Shown: positions 7,934 to 17,407, numbered from the stretch's first letter. The stretch: DNA of 43,675 nt from an uncultured Candidatus Saccharibacteria bacterium (GCA_964627275.1 CAZVHT010000036.1:1-43675); one strand, 5' to 3'. Translations and numbers: made by a program. Notes: generated from the letters alone by a model not told the origin.

Positions 7934-8899
7934 ATGTCTAACACAAACATCGTAGTGCCGTCAAAGCCAAAGATTGTCCTCGAAAAAGATTTTTTGGGTG
8001 TATATGAAATTGATGGTCTCTATCCGGGTTACGGGCATACTCTCGGCAACAGCCTGCGCCGGATTATCCTCTCATCTCTCCCCGGTACGGCTATAACTCA
8101 TGTGAAAATCGCCGGAGTAAGCCATGAATTTTCAACTCTGCCGGGCGTCAAAGAAGACGTCATCACTCTCATGCTCAATTTGAAGCGTTTGCGTATCAAA
8201 ATGACTACGGACGAGCCTCAAACTCTCTCCATCAAAATAAAAGGCTTAAAGAACGTGACGGCCGGCGATATAAAATTTCCCGGTCAAGTTGAAATTCTCA
8301 ATCCTGAATTGCCTATAGCAAGTATTACAGACAAGGGTACGGAACTGGACATCGAGATGACGGTCGCTCGAGGTCTCGGCTATGTGTCAAAAGATGTTTT
8401 GCAAAAGGAGCGCGTTGATATCGGCACCATCGCTCTCGACGCCACGTTCACTCCCATACGGCGCGTCAATTATGAAGTAGAGAATATGCGCATAGGTGAC
8501 AGAACCGACTTCAACCGCTTGAAAATTACAATTGAAACCGACGGTACTATCACTCCTCACCTGGCTCTGGAGAAATCCATTACGACCATGATCAGTCATC
8601 TCAAGGCTATTGTCGGCTTCAAAGAAGAAGAGCCTGTAGAAGTAAAGACGGAAGAAAAAGCAGAGTCGGCTGGCAGTGCTCCAAAGAAAGAGTTGGATAC
8701 GGAATTTTTGAAAACCCGCATCGAGACTCTGAGTCTGTCGCAGAGGACATCGAATGCTCTGGCTGGAGCCAATATACGTACGGTGGGCGGTCTCGTTCGA
8801 AAGAAAGAAATAGACATAGAAAATGTCGAAGGTTTGGGGCCAAAGGGTATTCAGGAGATCAAAAAAGCTCTATCTGAATTTGGTATTACTCTAAAATAA
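7934..8899 (+). CDS. rpoA: DNA-directed RNA polymerase alpha subunit
   Basis: GHTLGNSLRRILLSS-type N-terminal domain and a C-terminal HhH domain (LSLSQRTSNALAGANIRTVGGL). Confidence 0.93.
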   Translation: MSNTNIVVPSKPKIVLEKDFLGVYEIDGLYPGYGHTLGNSLRRIILSSLPGTAITHVKIAGVSHEFSTLPGVKEDVITLMLNLKRLRIKMTTDEPQTLSIKIKGLKNVTAGDIKFPGQVEILNPELPIASITDKGTELDIEMTVARGLGYVSKDVLQKERVDIGTIALDATFTPIRRVNYEVENMRIGDRTDFNRLKITIETDGTITPHLALEKSITTMISHLKAIVGFKEEEPVEVKTEEKAESAGSAPKKELDTEFLKTRIETLSLSQRTSNALAGANIRTVGGLVRKKEIDIENVEGLGPKGIQEIKKALSEFGITLK

Positions 8900-8925
8900 T
8901 GATAGTGTAGTTTTTCTAGAAACAC

Positions 8926-9276
8926 ATGAGACATCACGACAAATATAGAACATTGGGCAGAGAAAAGGGGCAGAGGACAGCTCTAGTCAAATCTCTCATT
9001 CGTTCATTTGTCATACATGGAGGCATTACCACGACCGAAACCCGAGCCAAGGAACTACGCAAATATATCGAACCGCTCATAACCAAAGGCAAGGAAAATA
9101 CGCTCGCCAATCGCCGTTTGATTACTAGCAAAATCGGCGATGAAACGGTGGCCAAAAAACTGGTGGAAGTTATTTCAAAAGATCACAAAAATCGCCAGGG
9201 CGGATACACCCGGGTCATAAAACTGCCTCTGCGCAAATCAGACGGCGCAAAAATGGCGCGCATAGAATTGGTATGA
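8926..9276 (+). CDS. rplQ: 50S ribosomal protein L17
   Basis: MRHHDKYRTLGREKGQRTALVKSL...TTETRAKELRKYIEPLIT. Confidence 0.92.
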   Translation: MRHHDKYRTLGREKGQRTALVKSLIRSFVIHGGITTTETRAKELRKYIEPLITKGKENTLANRRLITSKIGDETVAKKLVEVISKDHKNRQGGYTRVIKLPLRKSDGAKMARIELV

Positions 9277-9623
9277 AAACAATCCACACAATAGATGCAG
9301 AGGGAAAGAAGATCGGCCGAGTGGCCTCTCTCGCCGCCAAAATTTTGGCCGGCAAAACTTCCGTTTTCTATGCTCCGAACGTCGTGGCCGATGTGGAAGT
9401 GCGTATCATAAACACGGCCAAGGCGGATGTGACAACCAAAAAGAAGCAAGAGAAAATCTATCGCCGATACACAGGCTTCCCCGGTGGTCTGATAGATACA
9501 AAGCTCGAACATTTGATAGGCAGGAAGGGTATGAGCGAAGTTTTCCGCATAGCAGTCAAAGGTATGTTACCAAAAAACAAACTTCAGGCAAAAATGATAA
9601 AGAATCTGGTTGTTACGGAATAG
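9273..9623 (+). CDS. rplM: 50S ribosomal protein L13 (short form)
   Basis: IDAEGKKIGRVASLAAKILAGK...YRRYTGFPGGL. Confidence 0.88.
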   Translation: MKTIHTIDAEGKKIGRVASLAAKILAGKTSVFYAPNVVADVEVRIINTAKADVTTKKKQEKIYRRYTGFPGGLIDTKLEHLIGRKGMSEVFRIAVKGMLPKNKLQAKMIKNLVVTE

Positions 9624-9638
9624 AAAAAAGAATAAAAA

Positions 9639-10052
9639 ATGACCACTACACCAGAAATAAAAACAAAATATTTTGAAGCAGTAGGCAGGAGAAAGACGGC
9701 CATCGCCCGCGTCCGCATCACACCTGCGTCGAAACAGTCTATTTTAATCAATGGTAAAGATGTGGTTGATTATTTCGCCACTATTGAAATGCGCATGATA
9801 GCCGAAGCTGCTTTAGTGCAATCAAAAATTGCTCAAAAATTCAAAGTCACAGCATTGCTCTCTGGCGGCGGCATACATTCCCAAGCGGAAGCTTTGCGCC
9901 ACGGCGTATCACGCGCTCTTCTAGAATATGATATTGAACTGCGCAAAAAATTAAAAAAACTCGGTTTCCTCAAACGCGATCCTCGCGCCAAAGAACGCCG
10001 AAAGTTCGGTCTCAAAAAAGCCCGCAAGTCTCCGCAGTGGAGTAAGCGTTAA
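9639..10052 (+). CDS. rpsI: 30S ribosomal protein S9
   Basis: AVGRRKTAIARVRI...GGGIHSQAEALRHGVSRAL...KKARKSPQWSKR. Confidence 0.93.
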   Translation: MTTTPEIKTKYFEAVGRRKTAIARVRITPASKQSILINGKDVVDYFATIEMRMIAEAALVQSKIAQKFKVTALLSGGGIHSQAEALRHGVSRALLEYDIELRKKLKKLGFLKRDPRAKERRKFGLKKARKSPQWSKR

Positions 10053-10071
10053 TGAGTCTCGCGAAAGAAAA

Positions 10072-10106
10072 AACCGGCCGCCAAAATGGGGGTCGGTTTT
10101 GATTTT
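10072..10106. terminator. candidate bidirectional terminator between convergent genes
   Basis: AACCGGCC (10072-10079) pairs with GGTCGGTT (10091-10098), with one G-U pair. An A-run lies upstream and TTTTGATTTT downstream. Confidence 0.5.
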
Positions 10107-10111
10107 GTCTC

Positions 10112-10345
10112 CTATGAGACTTTTGGAGGTGAGACTATGTTATCAATAAAGACCTTCTGCTTGCCGACTTCATTCCAGAGTAATTCACGGCGTCCGCGGG
10201 CGCTTGCAAGTGCCAGTTCTAGCTCCTCAATTTCAGAGTTGCAAGTCGAGAGCCTTATACATGCTTTTTCGTACTCGACCTTCAATTTTTCGAGCTTCTC
10301 AATTTGCTCTTTGAGCTCGACGACTTTTTTCTCGAGCGTCGTCAT
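10112..10345 (-). CDS. hypothetical coiled-coil protein; may be the 3' part of a longer or degraded gene
   Basis: ORF with heptad-like sequence (EKKVVELKEQIEKLEKLKVEYEK). The same frame stays open upstream to 10513 but has no ATG, GTG or TTG start. Confidence 0.4.
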   Translation of the reverse strand: MTTLEKKVVELKEQIEKLEKLKVEYEKACIRLSTCNSEIEELELALASARGRRELLWNEVGKQKVFIDNIVSPPKVS

Positions 10346-10483
10346 TTCAACTAGACTGGTTTCACTTGTCGCGTCTGGAGACGGAACTGGAGCCGGAATT
10401 TGAAATTTCTTCTCTCCATGACGTTTTCCACTAATTCTTTTGACGTGGCCTGCTTCACCGAGCCGCCGGATGAGCTGACCTGT

Positions 10484-10510
10484 TTGACACCCTACAAGCT
10501 TTTGTATAAT
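10484..10510 (+). promoter_or_regulatory. candidate sigma70-type promoter for grpE
   Basis: TTGACA (10484-10489), a 15-nt spacer, then TATAAT (10505-10510). The spacer is shorter than optimal. Confidence 0.45.
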
Positions 10511-10562
10511 ATGTCAACGCTTAAAATTGAAGCATAATGTTAGAATAGATAAATCATTTCAT

Positions 10563-11123
10563 ATGAGCGAAAAGGAGATTAAAAACGAGAAAAATCAGGT
10601 TAAAGTAAACGAAGCCGTCAAAGCCGTTAAAACTGTAGAAACTGAGACAATCCAAAGGACTCCCCAAACGGAGCTTGAAAAAGTGACAGCCGAGAGGGAT
10701 GAATATTTGGCTGGCTGGCAGAGAGCCAAGGCTGATTTTGCGAACAATAAAAAACGTACGGAAGAAATGATGAGGGAATTTCGCACTATGGCCAATGAGG
10801 GGTTGATCGAAGAGCTCCTGTCCGTACTCCAAAGTTTTGAAATAGCTTTTGCAAGCAAGGATGTTTGGGAGAAAGCAGACAAAAATTGGCGAACGGGCGT
10901 CGAGCACATTTATAGCCAGCTCAGAGGTATCCTAGAGCAAAACGGCTTAAAAGAAGTTTTACCTATGGGAGAAAAATTTGATCCCATGCGTGATGAGGCC
11001 GTTCGGTTTGAAAAAGCGGATATTTCAAAAGCGGGAACTATTTTACAAGTTATAGAAAAAGGTTATATGCTAGGTTCAAAACTGATAAAGCCAGCCAAGG
11101 TGGTAGTTGCGGAAAACCAATAA
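10563..11123 (+). CDS. grpE: nucleotide exchange factor GrpE
   Basis: RDEYLAGWQRAKADFANNKKR motif and position upstream of dnaK. ATG 10563 is preferred over TTG 10527. Confidence 0.85.
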   Translation: MSEKEIKNEKNQVKVNEAVKAVKTVETETIQRTPQTELEKVTAERDEYLAGWQRAKADFANNKKRTEEMMREFRTMANEGLIEELLSVLQSFEIAFASKDVWEKADKNWRTGVEHIYSQLRGILEQNGLKEVLPMGEKFDPMRDEAVRFEKADISKAGTILQVIEKGYMLGSKLIKPAKVVVAENQ

Positions 11124-11167
11124 CTCGTGTACAATCCAGATAACTTAGTTTTTTATCTGCTAAAAAT

Positions 11168-11479
11168 ATGCTCATACCGAAACCCGACATACGAATATTG
11201 ACTCGCAAAATAACGCTGGCAAATGGAGCGGAGGCTCTGGTGTATTTCGCCATACTCGCCGTGCAGGGTGTTTTGGAAGTTAAATTTTTGGGTACAAAGT
11301 TGATTTATGCCAATACGGTTTTTTCCACAGTTTATAGAGAAGCGGTTTTACTTCTGGAAAATACCAAAACTCAAATCTTTGGCGAAACGCCGATTCGGAC
11401 TATATACGAAATATTTTCGCCTTTTTATGCTCTGGATTTTTTGACGAGCCAACTAGCCCGCGCTCCGAGCATCAAATAA
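11168..11479 (+). CDS. hypothetical protein (uncertain ORF between grpE and dnaK)
   Basis: This is the only sizeable ORF in a 430-nt spacer. No recognisable motifs. Confidence 0.3.
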   Translation: MLIPKPDIRILTRKITLANGAEALVYFAILAVQGVLEVKFLGTKLIYANTVFSTVYREAVLLLENTKTQIFGETPIRTIYEIFSPFYALDFLTSQLARAPSIK

Positions 11480-11554
11480 AGTTTCTATCCCGGAGAGCGT
11501 CTTTTTGACGTTCTTATTTGTCTTTTATCAAACTTTATTTAATTCTCAAAATTC

Positions 11555-13459
11555 ATGTCAAAAATCATCGGTATCGATCTCGGTACCACAAATTCAGCCG
11601 TAGCGGTGATGGAAGGCGGTGAGCCGAAAATTCTGGAAAATGCCGAAGGTATGCGCACCACACCATCCATAATCGCTCAGACTAAAACAGGCGAGCGGGT
11701 GGCGGGTGTCGTGGCAAAGAGACAGTCGGTCACAAATCCAAAAAACACTATATTCCAGATCAAACGTTTTATCGGACACAACTTTGATGAACCGGCTGTG
11801 CAAAAGGACGCCAAAGCCGTGTCTTTTGAAACTAGAAAATCCCAGAACGGCGGTGTAGAAGTAAAAATGGGCGACAAATGGTACAGACCGGAAGAAATTT
11901 CGGCCATGATCCTCGGCAAAATGAAAGCCGACGCCGAAGCGCGTCTGGGCGAATCCGTGACGGAAGCGGTTATAACCGTGCCGGCCTACTTCAATGATTC
12001 TCAGCGCCAGGCGACAAAAGACGCTGGAAAAATTGCCGGTCTCGACGTCAAGCGCATCATAAACGAACCGACAGCGGCCGCTCTGGCTTATGGCTTCAAC
12101 AAAAAGAAAGATGAAAAAATCGTCGTCTTTGACTTTGGTGGCGGGACGTTCGATATTTCCGTTCTCGAAGTCGGCGATGATGTCATAGAAGTGAAATCAA
12201 CCGACGGCGACGCGCATCTCGGTGGCAGAGATATAGACCAGAAAATCATGGCTTGGCTGGCGGATGAATTCCAAAAGGAAAACGGCGTGGATCTGCGCAG
12301 AGATGCTCTGGCCCGCCAGAGGCTCGACGATGCCGCTGAAAAGGCTAAAATTGAGCTCTCTACGTCTATGGAGACGGAAGTGAATATTCCATTCGTTTCT
12401 GTGGGCGCCGATGGTCCTCTGCATTTGGTAAAGAAAATGACTAGGGCAAAACTGGAAGAGATCACTAGCGAATTTATCGATCGCGCCATGGTTATCACTA
12501 AACGCGCTATGGAGGCCTCACCTTTCAAACTGAACCAAATCCACGAAGTCATTCTGGTCGGTGGTCAGACACGCATGCCGGCTATGGTCAAGGCTGTGGA
12601 GGACTACTTCAAAAAAAAGGCTCATATCGGCGTCAATCCCGATGAAGTAGTCGCCATAGGCGCGGCTATTCAAGGTGGAGTTCTCAAAGGCGATGTCAAA
12701 GATGTCCTCTTGCTCGACGTTATCCCTCTGTCTTTCGGTATTGAAACTATGGGTGGTGTGGCGACAAAATTGATAGAAAAAAATACCACTATTCCAGCTT
12801 CCAAATCTCAGATTTTTTCCACAGCGGCGGACAGTCAGACATCTGTGGAAATTCATGTTGTGCAGGGAGACAGAGCAATGGCTCGGGATAATAAATCAAT
12901 TGGTCGTTTCATTCTCGGTGGTATTCCGCCCGCGCCGCGCGGTATTCCGCAGGTTGAAGTGACGTTTGATATAGATGCCAACGGTATCTTGAATGTAAAG
13001 GCAAAAGAAAAGTCTACGGGTAAAGAGCAGTCTATAAAAATTCAGGGTTCGTCCGGTCTCACAAAAGAAGACATAGAGCGTATGAAAAAAGACGCCGAAA
13101 TAAATGCGGTCGAAGATGAAAAGAAAAAAGCGGAAGTGGAAACCCGTAACATCGCCGAGCAGATGGTGTATACGGCGGAAAAATCCCTCAAAGATGCGGG
13201 TGACAAAGTCCCGGCTGATATAAAATCTGATGTAGAAGCAAAGGTGACTGATCTAAAAGCGGCTCGGGAGGGAACGGATGTTGAAACCATAAAGAGGGCA
13301 ACGGAGGCACTCTCTAGTTCTATGCAGAAAATTGGTGAGGCTATGATGAAGGCACAGCAGTCGGCTGGACAATCGGTGCCAAAAGAAGGAGAGCAAAAGA
13401 AAGGTCCCGAAGGTGGCGAGGGGAATGTGAAGGATGCGCAGTATGAGGAGAAAAAGTAA
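11555..13459 (+). CDS. dnaK: molecular chaperone DnaK (Hsp70)
   Basis: [31 protein letters not shown] and [11 protein letters not shown] signatures. Confidence 0.97.
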   Translation: MSKIIGIDLGTTNSAVAVMEGGEPKILENAEGMRTTPSIIAQTKTGERVAGVVAKRQSVTNPKNTIFQIKRFIGHNFDEPAVQKDAKAVSFETRKSQNGGVEVKMGDKWYRPEEISAMILGKMKADAEARLGESVTEAVITVPAYFNDSQRQATKDAGKIAGLDVKRIINEPTAAALAYGFNKKKDEKIVVFDFGGGTFDISVLEVGDDVIEVKSTDGDAHLGGRDIDQKIMAWLADEFQKENGVDLRRDALARQRLDDAAEKAKIELSTSMETEVNIPFVSVGADGPLHLVKKMTRAKLEEITSEFIDRAMVITKRAMEASPFKLNQIHEVILVGGQTRMPAMVKAVEDYFKKKAHIGVNPDEVVAIGAAIQGGVLKGDVKDVLLLDVIPLSFGIETMGGVATKLIEKNTTIPASKSQIFSTAADSQTSVEIHVVQGDRAMARDNKSIGRFILGGIPPAPRGIPQVEVTFDIDANGILNVKAKEKSTGKEQSIKIQGSSGLTKEDIERMKKDAEINAVEDEKKKAEVETRNIAEQMVYTAEKSLKDAGDKVPADIKSDVEAKVTDLKAAREGTDVETIKRATEALSSSMQKIGEAMMKAQQSAGQSVPKEGEQKKGPEGGEGNVKDAQYEEKK

Positions 13460-13466
13460 ATAAAAA

Positions 13467-13573
13467 GTCTGGTGGTATGAGCTGTCGGAGCACGCTGTAT
13501 GTGCCTACTGGCACATCAGCTCGCTCTCGCGCCGTCGCGTTCCGAGAGTCTCCTCCAGCTCATACCACCAGAC
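13467..13573. repeat. nested palindromic intergenic element E1 (family 1)
   Basis: An 18-bp perfect outer stem, GTCTGGTGGTATGAGCTG (13467-13484) with CAGCTCATACCACCAGAC (13556-13573). The core is GGAGCACG plus inner hairpin ATGTGCC-TACT-GGCACAT plus a C/G/T-rich tail ending TCTCC. Confidence 0.85.
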
Positions 13574-13585
13574 CCATAGAAACAA

Positions 13586-14725
13586 GTGTCCAAAGATTAT
13601 TACAAAACCCTCGGTGTGGACAAAAACGCGTCGCCGGACGAGATAAAAAAAGCTTTCCGAAAAATGGCGCATGAGTATCATCCGGACAAGCAGGGCGGCA
13701 ATGTGGAGAAGTTCAAAGAAGCAAACGAGGCATACTCGGTGCTTTCTGACGAAAAAAAACGCAAACAGTATGATATGTTTGGTTCTGCCGGTCCTGGTGT
13801 AAGTGGTGGTTACGGCGGTTATGGTCAAGGCGCCGGCTTCAGCGCGGGCGACTTTGGTTTTGATTTTTCCGGCTTCAATCAGGACGGTTTTCAGCAGGGT
13901 GGATTTGGTCAGGGTGAATTTGAAGATTTTGATCTAGGCGATATTCTCGGTGGTATGTTTGGCGGTGGTTCGAGGCGTTCTTCTCGGCCTAGGCGTGGTG
14001 CCGATATATCGGTGGATGTAGAATTACCTTTCTCCGAAGCCATTTTCGGTGTGGAACGCACTTTCAAAATCCACAAAACTTCTGTTTGTTCTGAATGTGA
14101 CGGCACTGGCGCCAAAAGGGGTAGTAAAATGAAAACGTGTCACACTTGTGGCGGCAAAGGCAAAGTGACGGAAATTAAAAGATCTATCATAGGCTCATTT
14201 CAGACTAGTCATGTTTGTGGTACTTGCCATAGTTCTGGTAAAGAACCGGAAGAAAAATGCCCCATATGTCGTGGCACAGGCGTGACAGATCGCGATCAAG
14301 AAATAAAAGTAAAAGTTCCGGCCGGTCTAGAGAATGGTGAAACAATCAGGCTTCCTCTCGGCGGTGAGGCGGTCTCTGGCGGCCAGTCGGGGGATCTCTA
14401 CATAAAAGTTCATGTGAAAGAGCACCCGATATGGAGTAAAGAAAAACACAACTTGGTTACAAATATAGACGTGAAGCTTTCAGATGCATTACTCGGCGCT
14501 ACTCATACTCTCAAAACTCTCGATGGCGACATTCTGCTCAAAATTCCAGAAGGCACGGCCTTCGGCGAAATTCTGCGTGTCCGTGGCCGTGGCGTGCCCA
14601 CCACCGCTCGCGGTCGTGATGGCCACCGCGGGGACATTTTGGTACATATTCATATCACCATGCCAAAAAAACTTTCCCGAGAGGCGAAGAGGGCGATGGA
14701 AGAACTCAGAAAGGAGGGGGTGTAG
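13586..14725 (+). CDS. dnaJ: co-chaperone DnaJ
   Basis: J-domain (YYKTLGV...HPDK), a G/F-rich region and four CxxCxGxG zinc-finger repeats. GTG start. Confidence 0.95.
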   Translation: MSKDYYKTLGVDKNASPDEIKKAFRKMAHEYHPDKQGGNVEKFKEANEAYSVLSDEKKRKQYDMFGSAGPGVSGGYGGYGQGAGFSAGDFGFDFSGFNQDGFQQGGFGQGEFEDFDLGDILGGMFGGGSRRSSRPRRGADISVDVELPFSEAIFGVERTFKIHKTSVCSECDGTGAKRGSKMKTCHTCGGKGKVTEIKRSIIGSFQTSHVCGTCHSSGKEPEEKCPICRGTGVTDRDQEIKVKVPAGLENGETIRLPLGGEAVSGGQSGDLYIKVHVKEHPIWSKEKHNLVTNIDVKLSDALLGATHTLKTLDGDILLKIPEGTAFGEILRVRGRGVPTTARGRDGHRGDILVHIHITMPKKLSREAKRAMEELRKEGV

Positions 14726-14803
14726 TCAGATTTTTTTCACAATAATTGATGATATAATATACACATCTTGGTTTGGACTAGATGGGGAAGAATGTTTTTT
14801 ATA

Positions 14804-14832
14804 TTGACTATAAGTTTATCTTAAGTTAAACT
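14804..14832 (+). promoter_or_regulatory. candidate promoter of the TA pair, leaderless-type
   Basis: TTGACT (14804-14809), a 17-nt spacer, TAAACT (14827-14832), then 7 nt to ATG 14840. Confidence 0.55.
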
Positions 14833-14839
14833 TGGTTGT

Positions 14840-15187
14840 ATGAAAACAAAGAACATCATAGGTCTCAAAGTGTTGCGCGAAAATATGAATGCTTACATTT
14901 CACAGGTTGAAAAAGGCCAGTCTTTTCTCGTAATAAAAAAGTCAAAACCGGTATTCAAAATTACCCCAGTTGACGAATGGGGTGATGAAGGTGTGTGGAA
15001 AACGATCGTTGATTTTTCAAAAATTAGAAAAAATGGGGTGTCTATTGGAGAAGTAATTACTGCACTAGAAAAGTTGCGTGAACAAGATAAAAAAATTTCT
15101 GGCAAAAATGGAAGAATCAAAACGGGAGTCAATACTGCTTGTTTTGAAACGCGTCAAAGTGGGCGATTGGATGGGGTTAAACATTAA
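14840..15187 (+). CDS. Phd/YefM-like antitoxin
   Basis: The N-terminus LKVLRENMNAYISQVEKGQSFLVIKKSKPVFKITPV resembles Phd/YefM antitoxins. It lies directly upstream of, and overlaps, a RelE-like ORF. Confidence 0.55.
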   Translation: MKTKNIIGLKVLRENMNAYISQVEKGQSFLVIKKSKPVFKITPVDEWGDEGVWKTIVDFSKIRKNGVSIGEVITALEKLREQDKKISGKNGRIKTGVNTACFETRQSGRLDGVKH

Positions 15188-15317
15188 AAAACTCAAAGGA
15201 TACGATAATCTTTATCGCATCAGAATTGGTAGAACGAGAATTATTTTGAAAAAGGATTTTTATGGAATATCAATAAAATCTATTTCTCATAAGGATGATA
15301 AGACTTACAAGCTTTGA
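15078..15317 (+). CDS. RelE/ParE-superfamily-like toxin
   Basis: LKGYDNLYRIRIGRTRIILKKD resembles the RelE/ParE core strand pattern. The protein is small and basic. Start is GTG 15078 or ATG 15108. Confidence 0.5.
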   Translation: MNKIKKFLAKMEESKRESILLVLKRVKVGDWMGLNIKKLKGYDNLYRIRIGRTRIILKKDFYGISIKSISHKDDKTYKL

Positions 15318-15328
15318 ATAGAGAGGGT

Positions 15329-15357
15329 TTGACAATTAAAACCTACACTGATACCTT
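15329..15357 (+). promoter_or_regulatory. candidate promoter for an untranslated leader or small RNA
   Basis: TTGACA (15329-15334), a 17-nt spacer containing TGA, then TACCTT (15352-15357). This fits TGn-TAnnnT. Confidence 0.4.
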
Positions 15358-15490
15358 GTAGGTATGAATCCCATATTCATAAAAACAGTAAATACGGCCT
15401 TTATGTGGCATTATCACGCAATCCCAGAGAGGGCTTGTACTGCTTTTATGTCGCGTGTTTAAATTCGTATCGCGGAAATGAAATCAGAAA

Positions 15491-15516
15491 CCAGCCCTCT
15501 CCGGGGCTGGTTTTCT
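15491..15516 (+). terminator. rho-independent terminator immediately upstream of the HAD-like gene start
   Basis: CCAGCCC (15491-15497) pairs with GGGCTGG (15504-15510), followed by TTTTCTCTT. ATG 15520 follows 4 nt later. Confidence 0.7.
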
Positions 15517-15519
15517 CTT

Positions 15520-15951
15520 ATGAAAATAATTTTTGACTACAATAGAACAATTTTTGACCCAGAGACTGGAACACTATTTCTAGGAGTATTCGACATGCTC
15601 CTACGCCTCGCAAAATCAAACGAACTTTTCCTTGTAAGTAGAAACGAACCAGGCAGGGAAGATGTGCTCGATAGTTTTAATATCAAGAAATTCTTTAAAC
15701 GAATTGAATTTACCGACAACAAAAACGAGGAGCTTTTTCTTTCCATGATAGGCAAAGACAAAAACGTCATGATTGTAGGAGATAGTATCAAGGGAGAGAT
15801 AACTTTGGGAAACAAACTCAAACTCATCACGGTGAGAGTGTTGCAAGGAACTTTTGCTTCCCAAATTTCTACCTTTCCCGTCGAACAAGCCCAATTCGAA
15901 ATAAAAAATGTTACGGAATTGGAACGCATACTCAAACTCTATGAAAACTAG
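15520..15951 (+). CDS. HAD-superfamily-like hydrolase
   Basis: IIFDYNRTIFD is motif I-like, reading DxNxT rather than DxDxT. MIVGDSIKGEI is motif IV-like. The start is placed after the upstream terminator. Confidence 0.5.
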   Translation: MKIIFDYNRTIFDPETGTLFLGVFDMLLRLAKSNELFLVSRNEPGREDVLDSFNIKKFFKRIEFTDNKNEELFLSMIGKDKNVMIVGDSIKGEITLGNKLKLITVRVLQGTFASQISTFPVEQAQFEIKNVTELERILKLYEN

Positions 15952-16115
15952 CATCCAAAATTTTACATATTGGCATTTTTATCACACCGATTTTTACATC
16001 GAGGTTGTTGCGCGTGCTTTTCCAAGAGAATTTTTTGAGTAGATGAGCCTGCACAGTAGCCCCGAATGTCTCGAGGCTACATGTTCTTAAACAATCCAAT
16101 AGGGAGGATAGAAAT

Positions 16116-17384
16116 ATGCACGATATATTGCCAAAATTGCAGTCTGTCATCGATACGTCCGGCATCTGGCGGGGCGAAAGAGCGCGAACTCATAAGTTTC
16201 TGCTCTCACCCTCCGTCTACCGGATCACGGCGGCGCAAAGGAGGGAACTCGAGGGGCTAGGTGTCGCCTTGAACGAATGTCTGAGAGGGCTTTCGCACAT
16301 CGCAGTCGTTGCTCACGATCAGTCGGCTAATCACCGCGGGATGTGGATGAAGATCAGGCGGGTTTTCACGACAGGTGTTCCGAGTGTCTATCATGAGTTC
16401 CATGGGATGCGTATTCGCGATATACCGCGACTGCTCAAGCTTGATCTCATGGTGGACAATGAGGGTCGGTTTCGGATAGCCGAAATCGACGGACACAACA
16501 AACATGGTGTCGGGTATTCGACTCTCGCCATGAGGTTTCGGGATGCTCTGTATCCCGGATCGACTACTCTGCCCGGTGTAGTGAAACTCATCGCTGAAGA
16601 CGCTAAGCGGATGAAGCAGGAGGTGGTTAAAATCTTTTACGCCGACCAGGAAAGGTTTTACATTCCGGAGTTTGAGATCGCCCAGCGCGAAATCGAATCT
16701 CATGGGGTGAAATGCCGTCTCTTCTCGGAAATGGAAGCGACGAGCGATATGCTACAGTCAGGTCTCTTTCTCGACCTGCCGTTTCTCTACAAGAAACCAG
16801 ATCTCTATCGGGTAATCGGTCCGTCATACCACCCCGGTGTCGTCCGTTTTGTCATCCCTCCCAAGCCGTTTTTTGGTTCCAAAGGAGCGCTTGCGCTTCT
16901 ACGGAACGATGAAAAGGATCACAAGCTCGAGTCGATTCTTCATGCCTTCATAGATCGAGAATTCCTCGAGTTGGTTCGGGGATTTATTCCTGAGACAGTT
17001 CTTGTTGGACGGAAAGCGGCCGGAATCGATTTGGTGAGAAAACTTGTCGCGACCAAGCGATACGTTCTCAAGGAATCGGTTTCAAGCGGCATGAAGGGAA
17101 CTGTTTTCTCAACCGATTCCGATTTTGATGCCACTCTTGTTCGGGCGAGCGGTTCCAACATGAACTGGATTCTACAGGAAGAAGTGGTAAATCAGCCGCA
17201 GGAGTTTTCATGGTTTGGGGGAGACAATGGCTCTTCCGAACTGCAGACTTCGGCGGATTGGTTTATGCGAGTGACGGCTCACTATGTGAATCGCGATCTC
17301 GCCGACATCATTGTCACTGCCCGTAGGGACAAGGCAGTTCACGGCGGCAAGGACTGTATTCAGATGGGGACGGTTGTTGTGTAG
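16116..17384 (+). CDS. ATP-grasp-fold amide-ligase-like protein (glutathionylspermidine-synthase or circularly-permuted ATP-grasp-like)
   Basis: KLDLMVDNEGRFRIAEIDGHN, FFGSKGALALL, IPETVLV, RYVLKESVSSGMKGTVF and WILQEEV follow the motif order typical of GspS-like ligases. A strong SD (GGGAGGA) lies 8 nt upstream. The ORF is visibly GC-richer than its neighbours. Confidence 0.45.
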   Translation: MHDILPKLQSVIDTSGIWRGERARTHKFLLSPSVYRITAAQRRELEGLGVALNECLRGLSHIAVVAHDQSANHRGMWMKIRRVFTTGVPSVYHEFHGMRIRDIPRLLKLDLMVDNEGRFRIAEIDGHNKHGVGYSTLAMRFRDALYPGSTTLPGVVKLIAEDAKRMKQEVVKIFYADQERFYIPEFEIAQREIESHGVKCRLFSEMEATSDMLQSGLFLDLPFLYKKPDLYRVIGPSYHPGVVRFVIPPKPFFGSKGALALLRNDEKDHKLESILHAFIDREFLELVRGFIPETVLVGRKAAGIDLVRKLVATKRYVLKESVSSGMKGTVFSTDSDFDATLVRASGSNMNWILQEEVVNQPQEFSWFGGDNGSSELQTSADWFMRVTAHYVNRDLADIIVTARRDKAVHGGKDCIQMGTVVV

Positions 17385-17407
17385 TTAGTTCTTTGAAGTC
17401 AGATACG

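Noticed and set aside
10086-10403. A 105-aa plus-strand ORF opposite the coiled-coil gene.
   Set aside because: Its Ser/Phe-rich low-complexity translation mirrors the antisense of a Glu/Lys-rich coiled-coil. It starts inside the terminator hairpin.
11124-11554. A search for a CIRCE/HrcA operator (TTAGCACTC-N9-GAGTGCTAA) or other heat-shock control element around grpE and dnaK.
   Set aside because: No CIRCE-like inverted repeat was seen upstream of grpE, dnaK or dnaJ. The long grpE-dnaK spacer remains unexplained apart from a weak 103-aa ORF.
13477-13828. ORFs 13477..13674 (+) and 13505..13828 (-) between dnaK and dnaJ.
   Set aside because: They are generated by palindromic element E1 and overlap the dnaJ J-domain, whose frame is unambiguous.
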